Below, piece by piece: positions 10,045 through 19,420 of a stretch of DNA of 64,000 nt (position 1 is the first letter of the stretch; each line of letters starts with the position of its first letter). A program made the translations under genes and the position numbers. The notes under the pieces are model-generated. The model searched no databases. It saw nothing but the letters and a program-made list of their open reading frames with translations, and was not told the origin of the DNA. This DNA comes from a virus: the IMG/VR virus record IMGVR_UViG_3300020166_000010; one strand, given 5' to 3'.

Positions 10045-10635
10045 CTACCCTTTTAAGTTATCATACTCTGGGCCCATTGGTCGAAATAATAATTTGTTGA
10101 AGTATTCTGGATCTGCAGGTACGCGATCCCCTAGAAACTTTTTAAGATGTGCCTCGAAGACTCCTTTAGATTCATAATAATATTTACCCTTGGAATAAGA
10201 AACCCTTGAGGACTTTTCATATAGCTCCCTGATCTCTTTTTCAATTAAAAAATCTTGAATATTAAGATAAAGCTCCTGTACTTGGTTAAATGTTTTAGTA
10301 CACATCACAGAATCTACAGTAATCATATAGGTTTCGGAATTAGCGTCTAAATGTTTTTGAAGTTCTTTTTTATTTTTAATATTAGATCTATTAAATCCAA
10401 AAACAGTAGTTCCACCATTAAAATTCTTTTCAAACTTCATTCCAAAGAAATATCTTTTAAGAAAATTAATATCATCGTAGAACTTAACTATTCTAACATG
10501 ATACTTCGGCATTGTTTCGTCGAATTTCACATCGTATATTAATACTCTAACTGGGAAAACAATATTTGAATATCTAGAGTTTGAAATAAGAGCATGGACA
10601 TGTTCACCTTTATTAAATAAGCGATGTCTAATCAT
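10045..10635 (-). CDS. hypothetical protein
   Basis: 196-aa ORF overlapping its neighbour. Confidence 0.7.
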   Translation of the reverse strand: MIRHRLFNKGEHVHALISNSRYSNIVFPVRVLIYDVKFDETMPKYHVRIVKFYDDINFLKRYFFGMKFEKNFNGGTTVFGFNRSNIKNKKELQKHLDANSETYMITVDSVMCTKTFNQVQELYLNIQDFLIEKEIRELYEKSSRVSYSKGKYYYESKGVFEAHLKKFLGDRVPADPEYFNKLLFRPMGPEYDNLKG

Positions 10636-11050
10636 TGTCTACAAATTTAACGAAGTCGAATTGATTTAATATATTTTTACTTGGTACTTTATCCATGTTT
10701 AAAGAATTAAGAATAAATTCTATTTTCATGTCAGTGTAACTAGCGACCATCTTTTTAAAATTAGATATAACAGTAGGATCTAGATCTCTGAATGTATATA
10801 TTATTGTTGTGGTTTTTTTCTTTTCAGAATTTATCGTAGTTCTAAATGAATTCATAATATTTAAACCTATCACGGAATCGCTAGGTTCGTTACTATATGG
10901 ATCTGCTTTAATTAACTTGTTTTTAATAATAGAAAAGTCGATGACAGTCGAGTTCGGATCTTCAATTGCTCTTACAAACTTATTAAAATCTCTTTTTGAC
11001 TTACACCAAACACATTCTATCTTTATGTTATCCATTATTAGTTTGTTCAA
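10628..11050 (-). CDS. hypothetical protein
   Basis: ORF in operon; the start may be ATG at 11035. Confidence 0.65.
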   Translation of the reverse strand: MNKLIMDNIKIECVWCKSKRDFNKFVRAIEDPNSTVIDFSIIKNKLIKADPYSNEPSDSVIGLNIMNSFRTTINSEKKKTTTIIYTFRDLDPTVISNFKKMVASYTDMKIEFILNSLNMDKVPSKNILNQFDFVKFVDND

Positions 11051-11342
11051 GGTTCGATATACTCGCCTTGAGATTCTTTATTTTAAAGGAGATTTCCTTT
11101 TCAGTTGGTTTGTAATTACTTCCCCAATCACTGTTTATTTGTATTTGGTTTTTAGAATTTGAATTACCAAACTCTAATCCCAAATCAATACAGAGTTCTT
11201 CGATGAATTTTATTTTATTTAAAATAGAATCAAACTCATACACCGTAGTTGATTCGTATTCTTCACCTCCGCCGTTTATATTATCGTCGTAAACCGATTT
11301 TATTACGCCATTGTCTGCTAGCGTTATTTTAATTTCCTGCAT
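11028..11342 (-). CDS. hypothetical protein
   Basis: ORF in operon. Confidence 0.65.
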   Translation of the reverse strand: MQEIKITLADNGVIKSVYDDNINGGGEEYESTTVYEFDSILNKIKFIEELCIDLGLEFGNSNSKNQIQINSDWGSNYKPTEKEISFKIKNLKASISNLEQTNNG

Positions 11343-11712
11343 TTTTTCTACCAGCTAAAGATTGTTGAGCTTCTTTTCTTAATACGTTTGCCTGCTTTTT
11401 GTCGGCTCTGTAAGTTTCTCTATCTTTAACAGCAGTAAGCGTCCATGCTTCTTCTAATTTTGCTACTTCTTCTGCGTTATATCCAGAAGCTGTCCATGAT
11501 TCTTTTAATTTATTTAGACTTACGATCAACTGTTCTTCAATAGAATCTAATCTTCTTTTTTCATTAGCTGCTTCCATTGCTCGACCGTCTTCTGCCATTT
11601 TATTGTGCCATGCAATTCCTTGCTCTGAAAATCTTCCAAACATATTTTTTATTTTTAAAAAACCTGCTTGCTTAAACTCTCCTCTTCTTTGTCTTCTTGA
11701 TGCTGTTGCCAT
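11329..11712 (-). CDS. hypothetical basic helical protein
   Basis: ORF with an N-terminal SRRQRR basic patch. Confidence 0.7.
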   Translation of the reverse strand: MATASRRQRRGEFKQAGFLKIKNMFGRFSEQGIAWHNKMAEDGRAMEAANEKRRLDSIEEQLIVSLNKLKESWTASGYNAEEVAKLEEAWTLTAVKDRETYRADKKQANVLRKEAQQSLAGRKNAGN

Positions 11713-11757
11713 TATGTTCTTGTATTATGTTGTTAAATATTATTTATCTAAATTATA

Positions 11758-12267
11758 TTAGCTGTAGTATTCTAATAAAAAATCAGTAACGTTAGCTTTG
11801 ATATATTCTTGTAATTTGTTTATCTCTATCTGTGACATAGCTACTTCTGAAATTTCCTGATTAAGATCTTCTGTTTCCATACCTTCACCTAACATTGAGT
11901 AAAGTTGAGGTGTTGGAATATTAAGATTGATTTGAATAGGAACATTCACCACGTTTTTCTTGCTCATCTTTAATATCATTTTACCGAGTACTGAAGGTTC
12001 TACTTCAGCCGGGCCTTGTGATACTACAGGTGGAGTCGTAACATCTACTTTTTCTTTTTTTACCGGTGTTAGCGGGTTAGCACCTGGAAACGGTACTTCT
12101 CCGTCAATAATTGGCTCTAGAAATTCTGATAAAACACTCTTGAATATTCTTTGTCCATTTGTAAAATTTACAAATTCACCGTCGTCAGATTCAACATCGA
12201 CGATATCGCCGAAGTGTTCTCCTTTTTTCCATTGATATTGTTTTAAATCACCTTGCACTTCTGTCAT
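11758..12267 (-). CDS. hypothetical protein
   Basis: ORF behind a TAAAC-N17-TATAA promoter. Confidence 0.7.
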   Translation of the reverse strand: MTEVQGDLKQYQWKKGEHFGDIVDVESDDGEFVNFTNGQRIFKSVLSEFLEPIIDGEVPFPGANPLTPVKKEKVDVTTPPVVSQGPAEVEPSVLGKMILKMSKKNVVNVPIQINLNIPTPQLYSMLGEGMETEDLNQEISEVAMSQIEINKLQEYIKANVTDFLLEYYS

Positions 12268-12284
12268 TTTAAATTATTTAATAG

Positions 12285-12311
12285 TTATACTAAAAAAATC
12301 TATTTTGTTTA
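12285..12311 (-). promoter_or_regulatory. putative middle promoter TAAAC-N17-TATAA
   Basis: Same motif and exact 17-bp spacer at 8 intergenic sites. Confidence 0.6.
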
Positions 12312-12488
12312 TTTTAAAGCTCCTATGTGATCCTCTACGAATTCTTCAAGATAGTTTATTGATTCACTAGGGCCTATCACCGCGTCAGGACTCGTTACGT
12401 ACATTTTATAAAAGAAAGCGTCACCTAACTCGATTCTTTTTCTTTTTAAATCTTCTAATTCTGGTAGATATCTTTTATTGAATCCCAT
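12309..12488 (-). CDS. small hypothetical protein (59 aa, MGFNKRYLPE...)
   Basis: Hand-translated ORF below the track cutoff; it fills the gap and overlaps the deaminase stop. Confidence 0.6.
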   Translation of the reverse strand: MGFNKRYLPELEDLKRKRIELGDAFFYKMYVTSPDAVIGPSESINYLEEFVEDHIGALK

Positions 12489-12990
12489 TCCATGTATTTA
12501 CTTGTTTAACTTCAATTCCTGCGGTTTCTAAGAGCTCAACTCCGCTCATGTCTCTGTATTCTTCTGTATAATATACCATTTTAATTCCAGCTTGTATAAT
12601 TAACTTAGCACATCCAAAACATGGACATGTTGTAGTGTATAGATCAGCACCAACACAACTCATAGTCGATTTTGCAACTTTCATAATTGCATTTGATTCT
12701 GCGTGTAAAACAGCAGGTTTTGTTATTGCACCATGTTTGTGGCAAACACCATTGTTACATTCATATCCCTGTTCTGCTAAATCAACAGCGAGGTCTGGGT
12801 TTTCGTAATATCTAGTATCTGTTTCTTCACATGAATTATCAAACCCATGAGGCATTCCATTATAACCGAATGAAATTACTTGATGATCTTTTACGATGAC
12901 ACACCCTACTTTACGTCTTTCTGCGTAACTAAGTTGAGCAAACTGATATGCTGTTTGCATGTATACTAATTCTATTGGTATTCTTGGCAT
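12475..12990 (-). CDS. dCMP deaminase
   Basis: RKVGC, GYNG, HAESNA and PCFGC zinc-binding deaminase motifs. Confidence 0.92.
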   Translation of the reverse strand: MPRIPIELVYMQTAYQFAQLSYAERRKVGCVIVKDHQVISFGYNGMPHGFDNSCEETDTRYYENPDLAVDLAEQGYECNNGVCHKHGAITKPAVLHAESNAIMKVAKSTMSCVGADLYTTTCPCFGCAKLIIQAGIKMVYYTEEYRDMSGVELLETAGIEVKQVNTWNGIQ

Positions 12991-13008
12991 ATTATTATAT
13001 TATAATAT

Positions 13009-13035
13009 TTATACCAATTAGTCGGGTATTGTTTA
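13009..13035 (-). promoter_or_regulatory. putative middle promoter TAAAC-N17-TATAA
   Basis: Motif upstream of dCMP deaminase. Confidence 0.6.
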
Positions 13036-13036
13036 C

Positions 13037-13065
13037 AAAAAAAGCCCGGATTTCTCCAGGCTTTT
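13037..13065 (-). terminator. intrinsic terminator
   Basis: Minus strand reads GCCUGGA-GAAA-UCCGGGC followed by a U tract. Confidence 0.75.
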
Positions 13066-13086
13066 AGTTTTATATTTAAGAATGAA

Positions 13087-14274
13087 TTACTCTACATCAG
13101 TAGCGTCGTCTGCTAATTCAGATTCTTTCATTTCGTTAATTTTAGTAGTATATGATTCGATCATTGAATTACAAGCTGCTTCATATGCTTCAGTTGAATA
13201 ATCTTCTTTCATTTCTTTAAGAGCTCCAGCTGCTAATGCCGCAACTAATGCTGCGTTTTCAGCCATGTAAGATTCTACAGTGTGAGAGTCATGCGCGTCT
13301 TCTTCCCATACTTTAGCTTCGTTTTTACAAGATTCATAAACTTCTTTTAACATTGCTGCTACTGCGATAGCAGCTGCAGGATTTTCGTTTACTTCTTCAG
13401 TCTCTTCAGATTCTTTAACTCCTAAAAAGTCTGCTGCTGCTGCTTTTAATTCGTCATAAGTATATTTACCAGTTAATGCGTCATCAAGAATTGTTCCTCC
13501 TTTTTTACCAATCGCGTATAATGATACGTGATCAAATCCTAACCAAGGTCCAACGAATTCGTCTGATGCTTTTAAACCTAAATCTGTAGATAATGTCCAT
13601 GATAAAGATCTTCTTCCTAAGAATTGGTCATTATAACCTAATTTACCAGCTTTAATATAACCTGATGCGTTTACAGCTTCTTCAATTGCTTCAGCTTCTT
13701 CGACTTTAAAAGTTTCTCCGTCGAATTCAAATTCATCTTCACCAGCTTCTTTAGCTTTTCTAACTGCGTCTCCGAAAGCATTACCTTCTTCAACCTCTTC
13801 AGTTTCTTCAACTTCTTCAGTTTCTTCAACCTCTTCAGATTCTTCAACTTTAAAAGTTTCTCCGTCAAATTCAAATTCAGTTTCACCAGCTTCTTTAGCT
13901 TTTCTAACTGCATCTCCGAAAGCATTACCTTCTTCAATTGCTTTAACTTTAACAGTAAATGTCTCTTCTGATTCTTCGATGTATTCTGCTAAGTCAGCAT
14001 CGTCCCATCCGTATTGAGAATCTGCTAATACTGTTTCAAGATCTTCTCTTTTACCTGTTAGTTCAACTTCTGGAAATCCTGAAGGACCGTCCTGGTCGAT
14101 AACTTCCATAGAAACTTTGTTTTTCTTAAGTAATTTTGCAAGACCTTTTGATTTTGGGTCAACTGCATCCATCACAACAGAAGCTTCCTGAACTTCTAAA
14201 TTGTTAATTTCTTCTTGATTGGCACTAGCTTGCTTTTCCGCAACGTACTGCTCAAACGATTTTAATTTAGCCAT
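13087..14274 (-). CDS. acidic internal head/prohead core-like protein with repeats
   Basis: Very Glu-rich; duplicated EEGNAFGDAVRKAKEAGE.EFEFDGETFKVEE; N-terminus MAKLKSFEQYVAE. Confidence 0.65.
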   Translation of the reverse strand: MAKLKSFEQYVAEKQASANQEEINNLEVQEASVVMDAVDPKSKGLAKLLKKNKVSMEVIDQDGPSGFPEVELTGKREDLETVLADSQYGWDDADLAEYIEESEETFTVKVKAIEEGNAFGDAVRKAKEAGETEFEFDGETFKVEESEEVEETEEVEETEEVEEGNAFGDAVRKAKEAGEDEFEFDGETFKVEEAEAIEEAVNASGYIKAGKLGYNDQFLGRRSLSWTLSTDLGLKASDEFVGPWLGFDHVSLYAIGKKGGTILDDALTGKYTYDELKAAAADFLGVKESEETEEVNENPAAAIAVAAMLKEVYESCKNEAKVWEEDAHDSHTVESYMAENAALVAALAAGALKEMKEDYSTEAYEAACNSMIESYTTKINEMKESELADDATDVE

Positions 14275-14323
14275 AATATAATTTATTTTATTGTTTTTTA
14301 TTATTAATCTATATATCTATGAA

Positions 14324-15355
14324 TTAAATGATAGTTTCTCTACCATCAATAACGTCCTGGTAATTAACTCTACCCTTAGATCTTTTAATTTGATCTTCGT
14401 TTTCTTTTAAGTTTATTTTATAAATAGGTCTAATATATTCTTCATTTAAATACGTCTTGAATTCCTGTGGCAGCTTTTCTCCATAAAAATCCTCATATAC
14501 TGCAACATAAACTCTAGCCATTTTATCTGCTGCCATTCCTGAAGCTGAATTGATTTCTGCAACCCAACAATCGCCAGATTTATCTACCATTAAATCAATT
14601 GACCAAAGACCAAGCTTTAATTTTTCTCTAACAGTTTTGCAGATATCAGTTATTTTATCCATAAAATCTAATTTACTTGTGTCTTGATCGACATACGTAA
14701 ATTCAGTTTTTTCACCTGATTTTTTATCTTTAATTTCATTTTCAGTTGCTGATACTCTTTCATGAACTAATACCACAGTATCATTTACTAATAAAATTCT
14801 AAACTCAGTATCTAAGTCTTTAGCCTCTGAATAGTTTTGAAATTCCCCTTTACTTTTTTCTAAGTCTTCATAAGTATCAAAAATCTCAATACCCATTCCG
14901 GAGTGTCCATCATCTGGTTTTGCAATTACAGGAAATTCTAAATCCTTCGCATCTTCTTTTTTATAAACAGCCTTTGGTATAAAATCTGAATCTTGAAACA
15001 TTTTATAAAAGTCAGTTTTATTACCGCTAATCTTCATAGCTTCTGGTAAATTATACATATCATCTTCTGATATACCGTACTTCTCTAAAAAATCTAAACC
15101 TTCTTTTGAGTTTCCACCATAATAAATAAGAGGTAGTTTTGAATTAACTTCCAAGTCTTTTCCATAATCTCCTTTAGCATAAAAGGCATTATATAGTTCT
15201 TTTAAACAAATTTCGTTTACGTCGCCGTAAATACTATTGTTTGTGCCTGTAAGGCCTTTTACCTCTTCTCCTGCTAATATAAAATTAACTTTTTTTAGAT
15301 AATCTTTATTAGACTTTTCAAGTAGAAATTTCTCAAATAGTTTTACTTTTTTCAT
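14324..15355 (-). CDS. ATP-grasp ligase, RimK-like
   Basis: FPVIAKP..G.SG.GI, EFRI, IDL and EINS motifs of ATP-grasp peptide ligases. Confidence 0.8.
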   Translation of the reverse strand: MKKVKLFEKFLLEKSNKDYLKKVNFILAGEEVKGLTGTNNSIYGDVNEICLKELYNAFYAKGDYGKDLEVNSKLPLIYYGGNSKEGLDFLEKYGISEDDMYNLPEAMKISGNKTDFYKMFQDSDFIPKAVYKKEDAKDLEFPVIAKPDDGHSGMGIEIFDTYEDLEKSKGEFQNYSEAKDLDTEFRILLVNDTVVLVHERVSATENEIKDKKSGEKTEFTYVDQDTSKLDFMDKITDICKTVREKLKLGLWSIDLMVDKSGDCWVAEINSASGMAADKMARVYVAVYEDFYGEKLPQEFKTYLNEEYIRPIYKINLKENEDQIKRSKGRVNYQDVIDGRETII

Positions 15356-15369
15356 GATAGCTTTTTTAT

Positions 15370-15717
15370 TTATACCCTATATATCTTGATCTTAAGATCT
15401 GATGTTCCTGGTAATATTCTATGAATAACTCCCGTTGGTATTTTTATATCTACGCCGATTATGAGTGGTGTTGGTAATTCATTGTCATATTGAAATCTCC
15501 AGTCGGAATCTTCTAATACTTCAATAACCCTATCTTCAGGGTCGCTGTGCCATTTATATAAGTGTTCTGGATAGCTTGGATCGAATGTTCTTATAATATA
15601 ACCATCATACTGCTCTTCAACGAAAGGCTTAGTTTGATCATTTATGTTAGATATCAATTCTTCCATTGACATGCTACCACATTTACAAGATTTACATTTA
15701 CAATCTTTATCTACCAT
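15370..15717 (-). CDS. cupin-like phage protein
   Basis: WHSDPEDR..IPTGVIHRI cupin-type His motifs; start reassigned to MVDKDC. Confidence 0.6.
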   Translation of the reverse strand: MVDKDCKCKSCKCGSMSMEELISNINDQTKPFVEEQYDGYIIRTFDPSYPEHLYKWHSDPEDRVIEVLEDSDWRFQYDNELPTPLIIGVDIKIPTGVIHRILPGTSDLKIKIYRV

Positions 15718-16250
15718 GGCTGATCTGATTTTAAACCTAATTGTTTTCCAAAAAGAGTTGGTCCATAACATGCCCAGAATCCAGCTTTCATTGGATCCAT
15801 TTTTTCTGCTTTATCGCAACCATGTCTCGCCCAGAAACTAGCAGCTTTTCCAGGATTATCATTTTTAACTGTAAGGTTTGGATCTCCCCATTCTACCTTT
15901 TTTGCTAATACATTCCCTTCTTTGTCTTTTCTACCTCCGTCTCTATATACTATAAACTTCTTACCTCCACCTCGTTCTGGCGAATCTAATTTAACTTTAA
16001 TTGTCTTTCCTCCGCGTGGAGTATAAAGAGCAGGTTTACCTACATCTAGATTTTTAGCCATCCAGCCTGACGGTCCTTTTAGAATAATGTTATTTTTATC
16101 CCAGTATTCTTTAACCTCTTCGAATAGTTTAGAATAGGCATCACTACCTAATCTAAAGAATGAATTAGTTAAATCTAAATCTTCTGCAATATGTGCCTTT
16201 AATTCTGGTGAAACCTTTTCCCAAGCTTCAAATGTTTTTATAAATTTCAT
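15711..16250 (-). CDS. putative virion internal protein (DUF6321-like)
   Basis: KKVEWGDP..SFWARHGC..AGFWAC motif; start MKFIKTFEAW. Confidence 0.6.
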   Translation of the reverse strand: MKFIKTFEAWEKVSPELKAHIAEDLDLTNSFFRLGSDAYSKLFEEVKEYWDKNNIILKGPSGWMAKNLDVGKPALYTPRGGKTIKVKLDSPERGGGKKFIVYRDGGRKDKEGNVLAKKVEWGDPNLTVKNDNPGKAASFWARHGCDKAEKMDPMKAGFWACYGPTLFGKQLGLKSDQPW

Positions 16251-16254
16251 ATTT

Positions 16255-16560
16255 CTATTTTTCCATGTTATCAATTAAATCCTGTCGGTCTAATTGTTTA
16301 TAAACTTCTTTACGAACCTTTTCCATTTTATCAGCATACTTTGGGTCGTCATTACGATTAAACACAACCTGCTGGGTTAGTGAACCACTGATCTTCTTAA
16401 CATCACCCTTACGAGTCTTAATTAACCATGCTGCTAAATCTTTAATCCCTAAATCTTTAAACCTACCCTCAGCCGGAGGTGCATCTGACTTGTTAAAGTC
16501 TGGAGCTCCTGCTGGTTTTTTCTCTGTAATGAATTGTTCGAATAACTTTATAAATTTCAT
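16255..16560 (-). CDS. putative virion internal protein
   Basis: Start MKFIKLFEQFITE (shared N-terminal motif). Confidence 0.65.
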   Translation of the reverse strand: MKFIKLFEQFITEKKPAGAPDFNKSDAPPAEGRFKDLGIKDLAAWLIKTRKGDVKKISGSLTQQVVFNRNDDPKYADKMEKVRKEVYKQLDRQDLIDNMEK

Positions 16561-16561
16561 G

Positions 16562-17026
16562 TTAATCTTCTTTTGATTTGAATGGTAACTTTTTATCGTG
16601 ACCTCCGTCTCTAACTTCTTTAGCAACGTCGGAATCAGCACCGCCCCAAGTTCCTTTTCCTTTTTCTAAGAATGCATTTATTCTGGCATAGCCCCATCCT
16701 TCTTGTGTCATACCTGGATGGTGTCCACCGTTCCAAGCGTCCATTCCACGTCTCATTATGATTCTCAATAAAGGTACAGGTACTCCACTTTCTTTTGATT
16801 TGTTCTTGATTCCAGTTTCTACAGCCTTACCTTTAAGAGGTCCTCTGTCTCCTTTAGCCTTTTCTGCTTCATTAACAGATTCTCCTAAAACTGGCGTATT
16901 ATCATGACCACATTTGTGGCATATGTAAGGATCTTCACCGCCTTCGTCTAATCTCCAAGACCAGTCACACCCTTCGCAAGATACTTTATTTGCTGAAAAC
17001 TCTTCAAACAATTTAACGTATTTCAT
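16562..17026 (-). CDS. putative virion protein, Zn-ribbon plus DUF5824-like domain
   Basis: CxxC..CxxC; RRG..AW..GH.PG.TQ..W..AR.NAF motif; start MKYVKLFEEF. Confidence 0.65.
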   Translation of the reverse strand: MKYVKLFEEFSANKVSCEGCDWSWRLDEGGEDPYICHKCGHDNTPVLGESVNEAEKAKGDRGPLKGKAVETGIKNKSKESGVPVPLLRIIMRRGMDAWNGGHHPGMTQEGWGYARINAFLEKGKGTWGGADSDVAKEVRDGGHDKKLPFKSKED

Positions 17027-17057
17027 TTTCTTTTAATCTTTGTTTATACTCTATATA

Positions 17058-17987
17058 TCAGGATAAAACTAGATCATTTAGATATTCTTTACGGTATTTG
17101 ATTAAGGCTAGCTCTTTAGCTTTGACTTCTAGTTCAATATCAATATCCATGTCATACGTTTCTATTTTTTCGTATATGTAATCAGCATGTGCTCTCAATA
17201 TAACAGATTCATCTTCATGTAGCTTTTTTGAAGAAGAGTAGTGACATAATTGGCGAATACCTTTAGGCCATGTTTTTGCACATAATTCAAGTGCATCTTT
17301 TTCTGACATTGGATCTTCATAGCACCTGTGATGGTGGTAGTCGAACGTGATAGGTATATTAGTCTTTTCGTAAATCTCATAAAGATCTTCTACGCCGTAT
17401 TGCGCAGGCTTATCGTCATTTTCTATAACCAATCGAGCCTGTGCAGATTTTGATAAACGTTTAAAGTTATCAACGAACCTTTGCTTTGCGGCATCCTTGT
17501 CGCCGTATGAGCCACCTACGTGAATGTTCATAGAATACGTATGGTTTTGTGGTAATCCCATTGAATCTAGTATAAGCGCTGATTGATCTAGTTCTCTGAT
17601 CGCAGCATCTACTGTTTTAGGAGTTGGGCTTGGTAAAACACAAAACTGACCTGGGTGGAAACCTACGCGCTGATTGTATTTTTGAACAAGAGTACCTGCG
17701 CCTTTGAGTAGATTAGATATTGTTTGCCAATTAGGTAAATCAGTTAATTCATACTCACTCATCCAAGGGAACATAGAGCTACTCATACGGTAAACATTAA
17801 TGCCTTGTTTGTGATTCCACTTTATAATCTCAATAAGATCTCGAACATTTGCTTCAGCTAATTCTCCAGCGTATTTAATACCTTTAGCGGTGAATGTTCG
17901 TTTGATCATTGATCGACCGATCTTGATGTCATGATCTTTTTGTAGTGTTAAATTAATGCAACAATATCCGTAGTTTGCTTTTCCCAT
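17058..17987 (-). CDS. uvsE: UV DNA damage endonuclease
   Basis: GYCCIN, YRMSS, HPGQF, IHVGG, ENDD, DYHHH, H.D and E.KAKE motifs of UvdE/UvsE. Confidence 0.93.
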   Translation of the reverse strand: MGKANYGYCCINLTLQKDHDIKIGRSMIKRTFTAKGIKYAGELAEANVRDLIEIIKWNHKQGINVYRMSSSMFPWMSEYELTDLPNWQTISNLLKGAGTLVQKYNQRVGFHPGQFCVLPSPTPKTVDAAIRELDQSALILDSMGLPQNHTYSMNIHVGGSYGDKDAAKQRFVDNFKRLSKSAQARLVIENDDKPAQYGVEDLYEIYEKTNIPITFDYHHHRCYEDPMSEKDALELCAKTWPKGIRQLCHYSSSKKLHEDESVILRAHADYIYEKIETYDMDIDIELEVKAKELALIKYRKEYLNDLVLS

Positions 17988-17996
17988 GTTTGTTAT

Positions 17997-18233
17997 TTAT
18001 ATGTTATATAATGATTCTTTGATTTTGTTTATAAATCTTTCAGCGTCACACGCTTCGTCTAATGTAAGCACGTCAAGATCTTGAAATAATAGGCCAGTGC
18101 CTGTGTCTACAAATATGATGTCACCAATAATTTCAGCCTTAGCAACCTCATGAATTGTCATATCCTCTAGGTATATTATTTTAGAGGTGGTTAGAATTCT
18201 ATCCATTCTTTGTTGGGCATTCATCATTTGCAT
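17997..18233 (-). CDS. hypothetical early protein
   Basis: ORF behind an early promoter; start reassigned to MQMMNA. Confidence 0.6.
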   Translation of the reverse strand: MQMMNAQQRMDRILTTSKIIYLEDMTIHEVAKAEIIGDIIFVDTGTGLLFQDLDVLTLDEACDAERFINKIKESLYNI

Positions 18234-18254
18234 ACGCAGTGTTTGTTCTTTATT

Positions 18255-18342
18255 ATATAGTAAATATAACACTTTTTATTGGAACAAAAAAACTTTTGAG
18301 CATTTATTTCCACAGAAAGTCCTATTTATAATGATTCCAAAT
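18255..18342 (-). promoter_or_regulatory. early-type promoter with variant palindromic operator
   Basis: TATATTTA box (18261-18268) and ATTTATAATGATTCCAAAT (18324-18342), 55 bp apart. Confidence 0.7.
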
Positions 18343-18347
18343 AAGAC

Positions 18348-18369
18348 AAAAAAAGGGACCGAAGTCCCT
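18348..18369 (-). terminator. intrinsic terminator with UUCG loop
   Basis: Minus strand reads AGGGAC-UUCG-GUCCCU followed by a U tract. Confidence 0.8.
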
Positions 18370-18392
18370 GATTGCTCGACTGGCAGTCAAGC

Positions 18393-18737
18393 TTATTTCC
18401 AAAATAATTGTATTCCTATAATGCAGCATGCTAATAATAAACATATTGCAGTTTTTGTTGTAATTCCCTCGTCTAATAAATAATATGTTAGAGCGGTAAA
18501 GGTTATGATTCCACAAGTAAATCCAATAAATCTACCAGGCCATATTTGTCCGTCATAATATTCTGCTATAAATTTAGTTGCAAGTATAAACATGTAGCTA
18601 ATCACAGTACCTCCAATTATCGAAATGGTTAATGGATTCTTTTTAAACCATGGCCAGACAAATTGTCCGTTAGTTTGGATCCATATCATAGATTGTCCTA
18701 GTGCAAATAATAAAACACCTGCTAATAAGCCTCTCAA
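18393..18737 (-). CDS. small multi-pass membrane protein
   Basis: About four hydrophobic segments in 114 aa. Confidence 0.7.
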   Translation of the reverse strand: MRGLLAGVLLFALGQSMIWIQTNGQFVWPWFKKNPLTISIIGGTVISYMFILATKFIAEYYDGQIWPGRFIGFTCGIITFTALTYYLLDEGITTKTAICLLLACCIIGIQLFWK

Positions 18738-19372
18738 AACAATTCACCGGTTGTGGTTAATAAATGCGAGATAAAACTATGTCTGTGGTGCTCATTTGGT
18801 CCTGATTCTTTAATAGCGTTGATATGTTGTTTTGTTCCATATCCTTTATTTGAATTCCAGCCATACTGTATAAACTCTTCTTTTTCGCTTAATTCTTTCA
18901 TAAGAGAATCTCTGCCTGTTTTAGCTAAAATTGAAGCAGCTGCAATTGAAGTATATTTGTTATCTCCACCTATGATTGTTTCAAATGGAATTCCATGATA
19001 CCCGTGGAATTGATCGCCATCTACTAAAATAAAATTAAACTTATGAGCATGCTCATCAAGATTAGATAGACACTTATACATTCCTTGCATAGTCGCTCTG
19101 AGTATATTTGTGTTTTCAATATCCTCAACGTTGATGTGTTCAACATGAAATGCAATAGCATTACTCAATACAATATCGAGTGCGGTTTTTCTGTCTTTTT
19201 CATTTAGAAGTTTTGAGTCTTTAATTAATGGATGAGTAAATCCATGTGGCATGATACACGCTGCAACAGTGACTGGACCTGCTAGTGCTCCGCGACCTGC
19301 TTCATCTATTCCAACTTCTACAATATTTCTATCTTCGTTGAGAGATCCTTTAAGTAATATGTGTTTAGACAT
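18734..19372 (-). CDS. rnhB: ribonuclease HII
   Basis: GIDEAGRGALAGPV, DSK, DG, SIAAASILAK, NKGYGT..H motifs. Confidence 0.95.
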   Translation of the reverse strand: MSKHILLKGSLNEDRNIVEVGIDEAGRGALAGPVTVAACIMPHGFTHPLIKDSKLLNEKDRKTALDIVLSNAIAFHVEHINVEDIENTNILRATMQGMYKCLSNLDEHAHKFNFILVDGDQFHGYHGIPFETIIGGDNKYTSIAAASILAKTGRDSLMKELSEKEEFIQYGWNSNKGYGTKQHINAIKESGPNEHHRHSFISHLLTTTGELF

Positions 19373-19392
19373 TTCTATTTGATATTTAAGTA

Positions 19393-19419
19393 TTATACCT
19401 AAATATTGCAAATAGTTTA
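19393..19419 (-). promoter_or_regulatory. putative middle promoter TAAAC-N17-TATAA
   Basis: Motif upstream of rnhB. Confidence 0.6.
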
Positions 19420-19420
19420 C

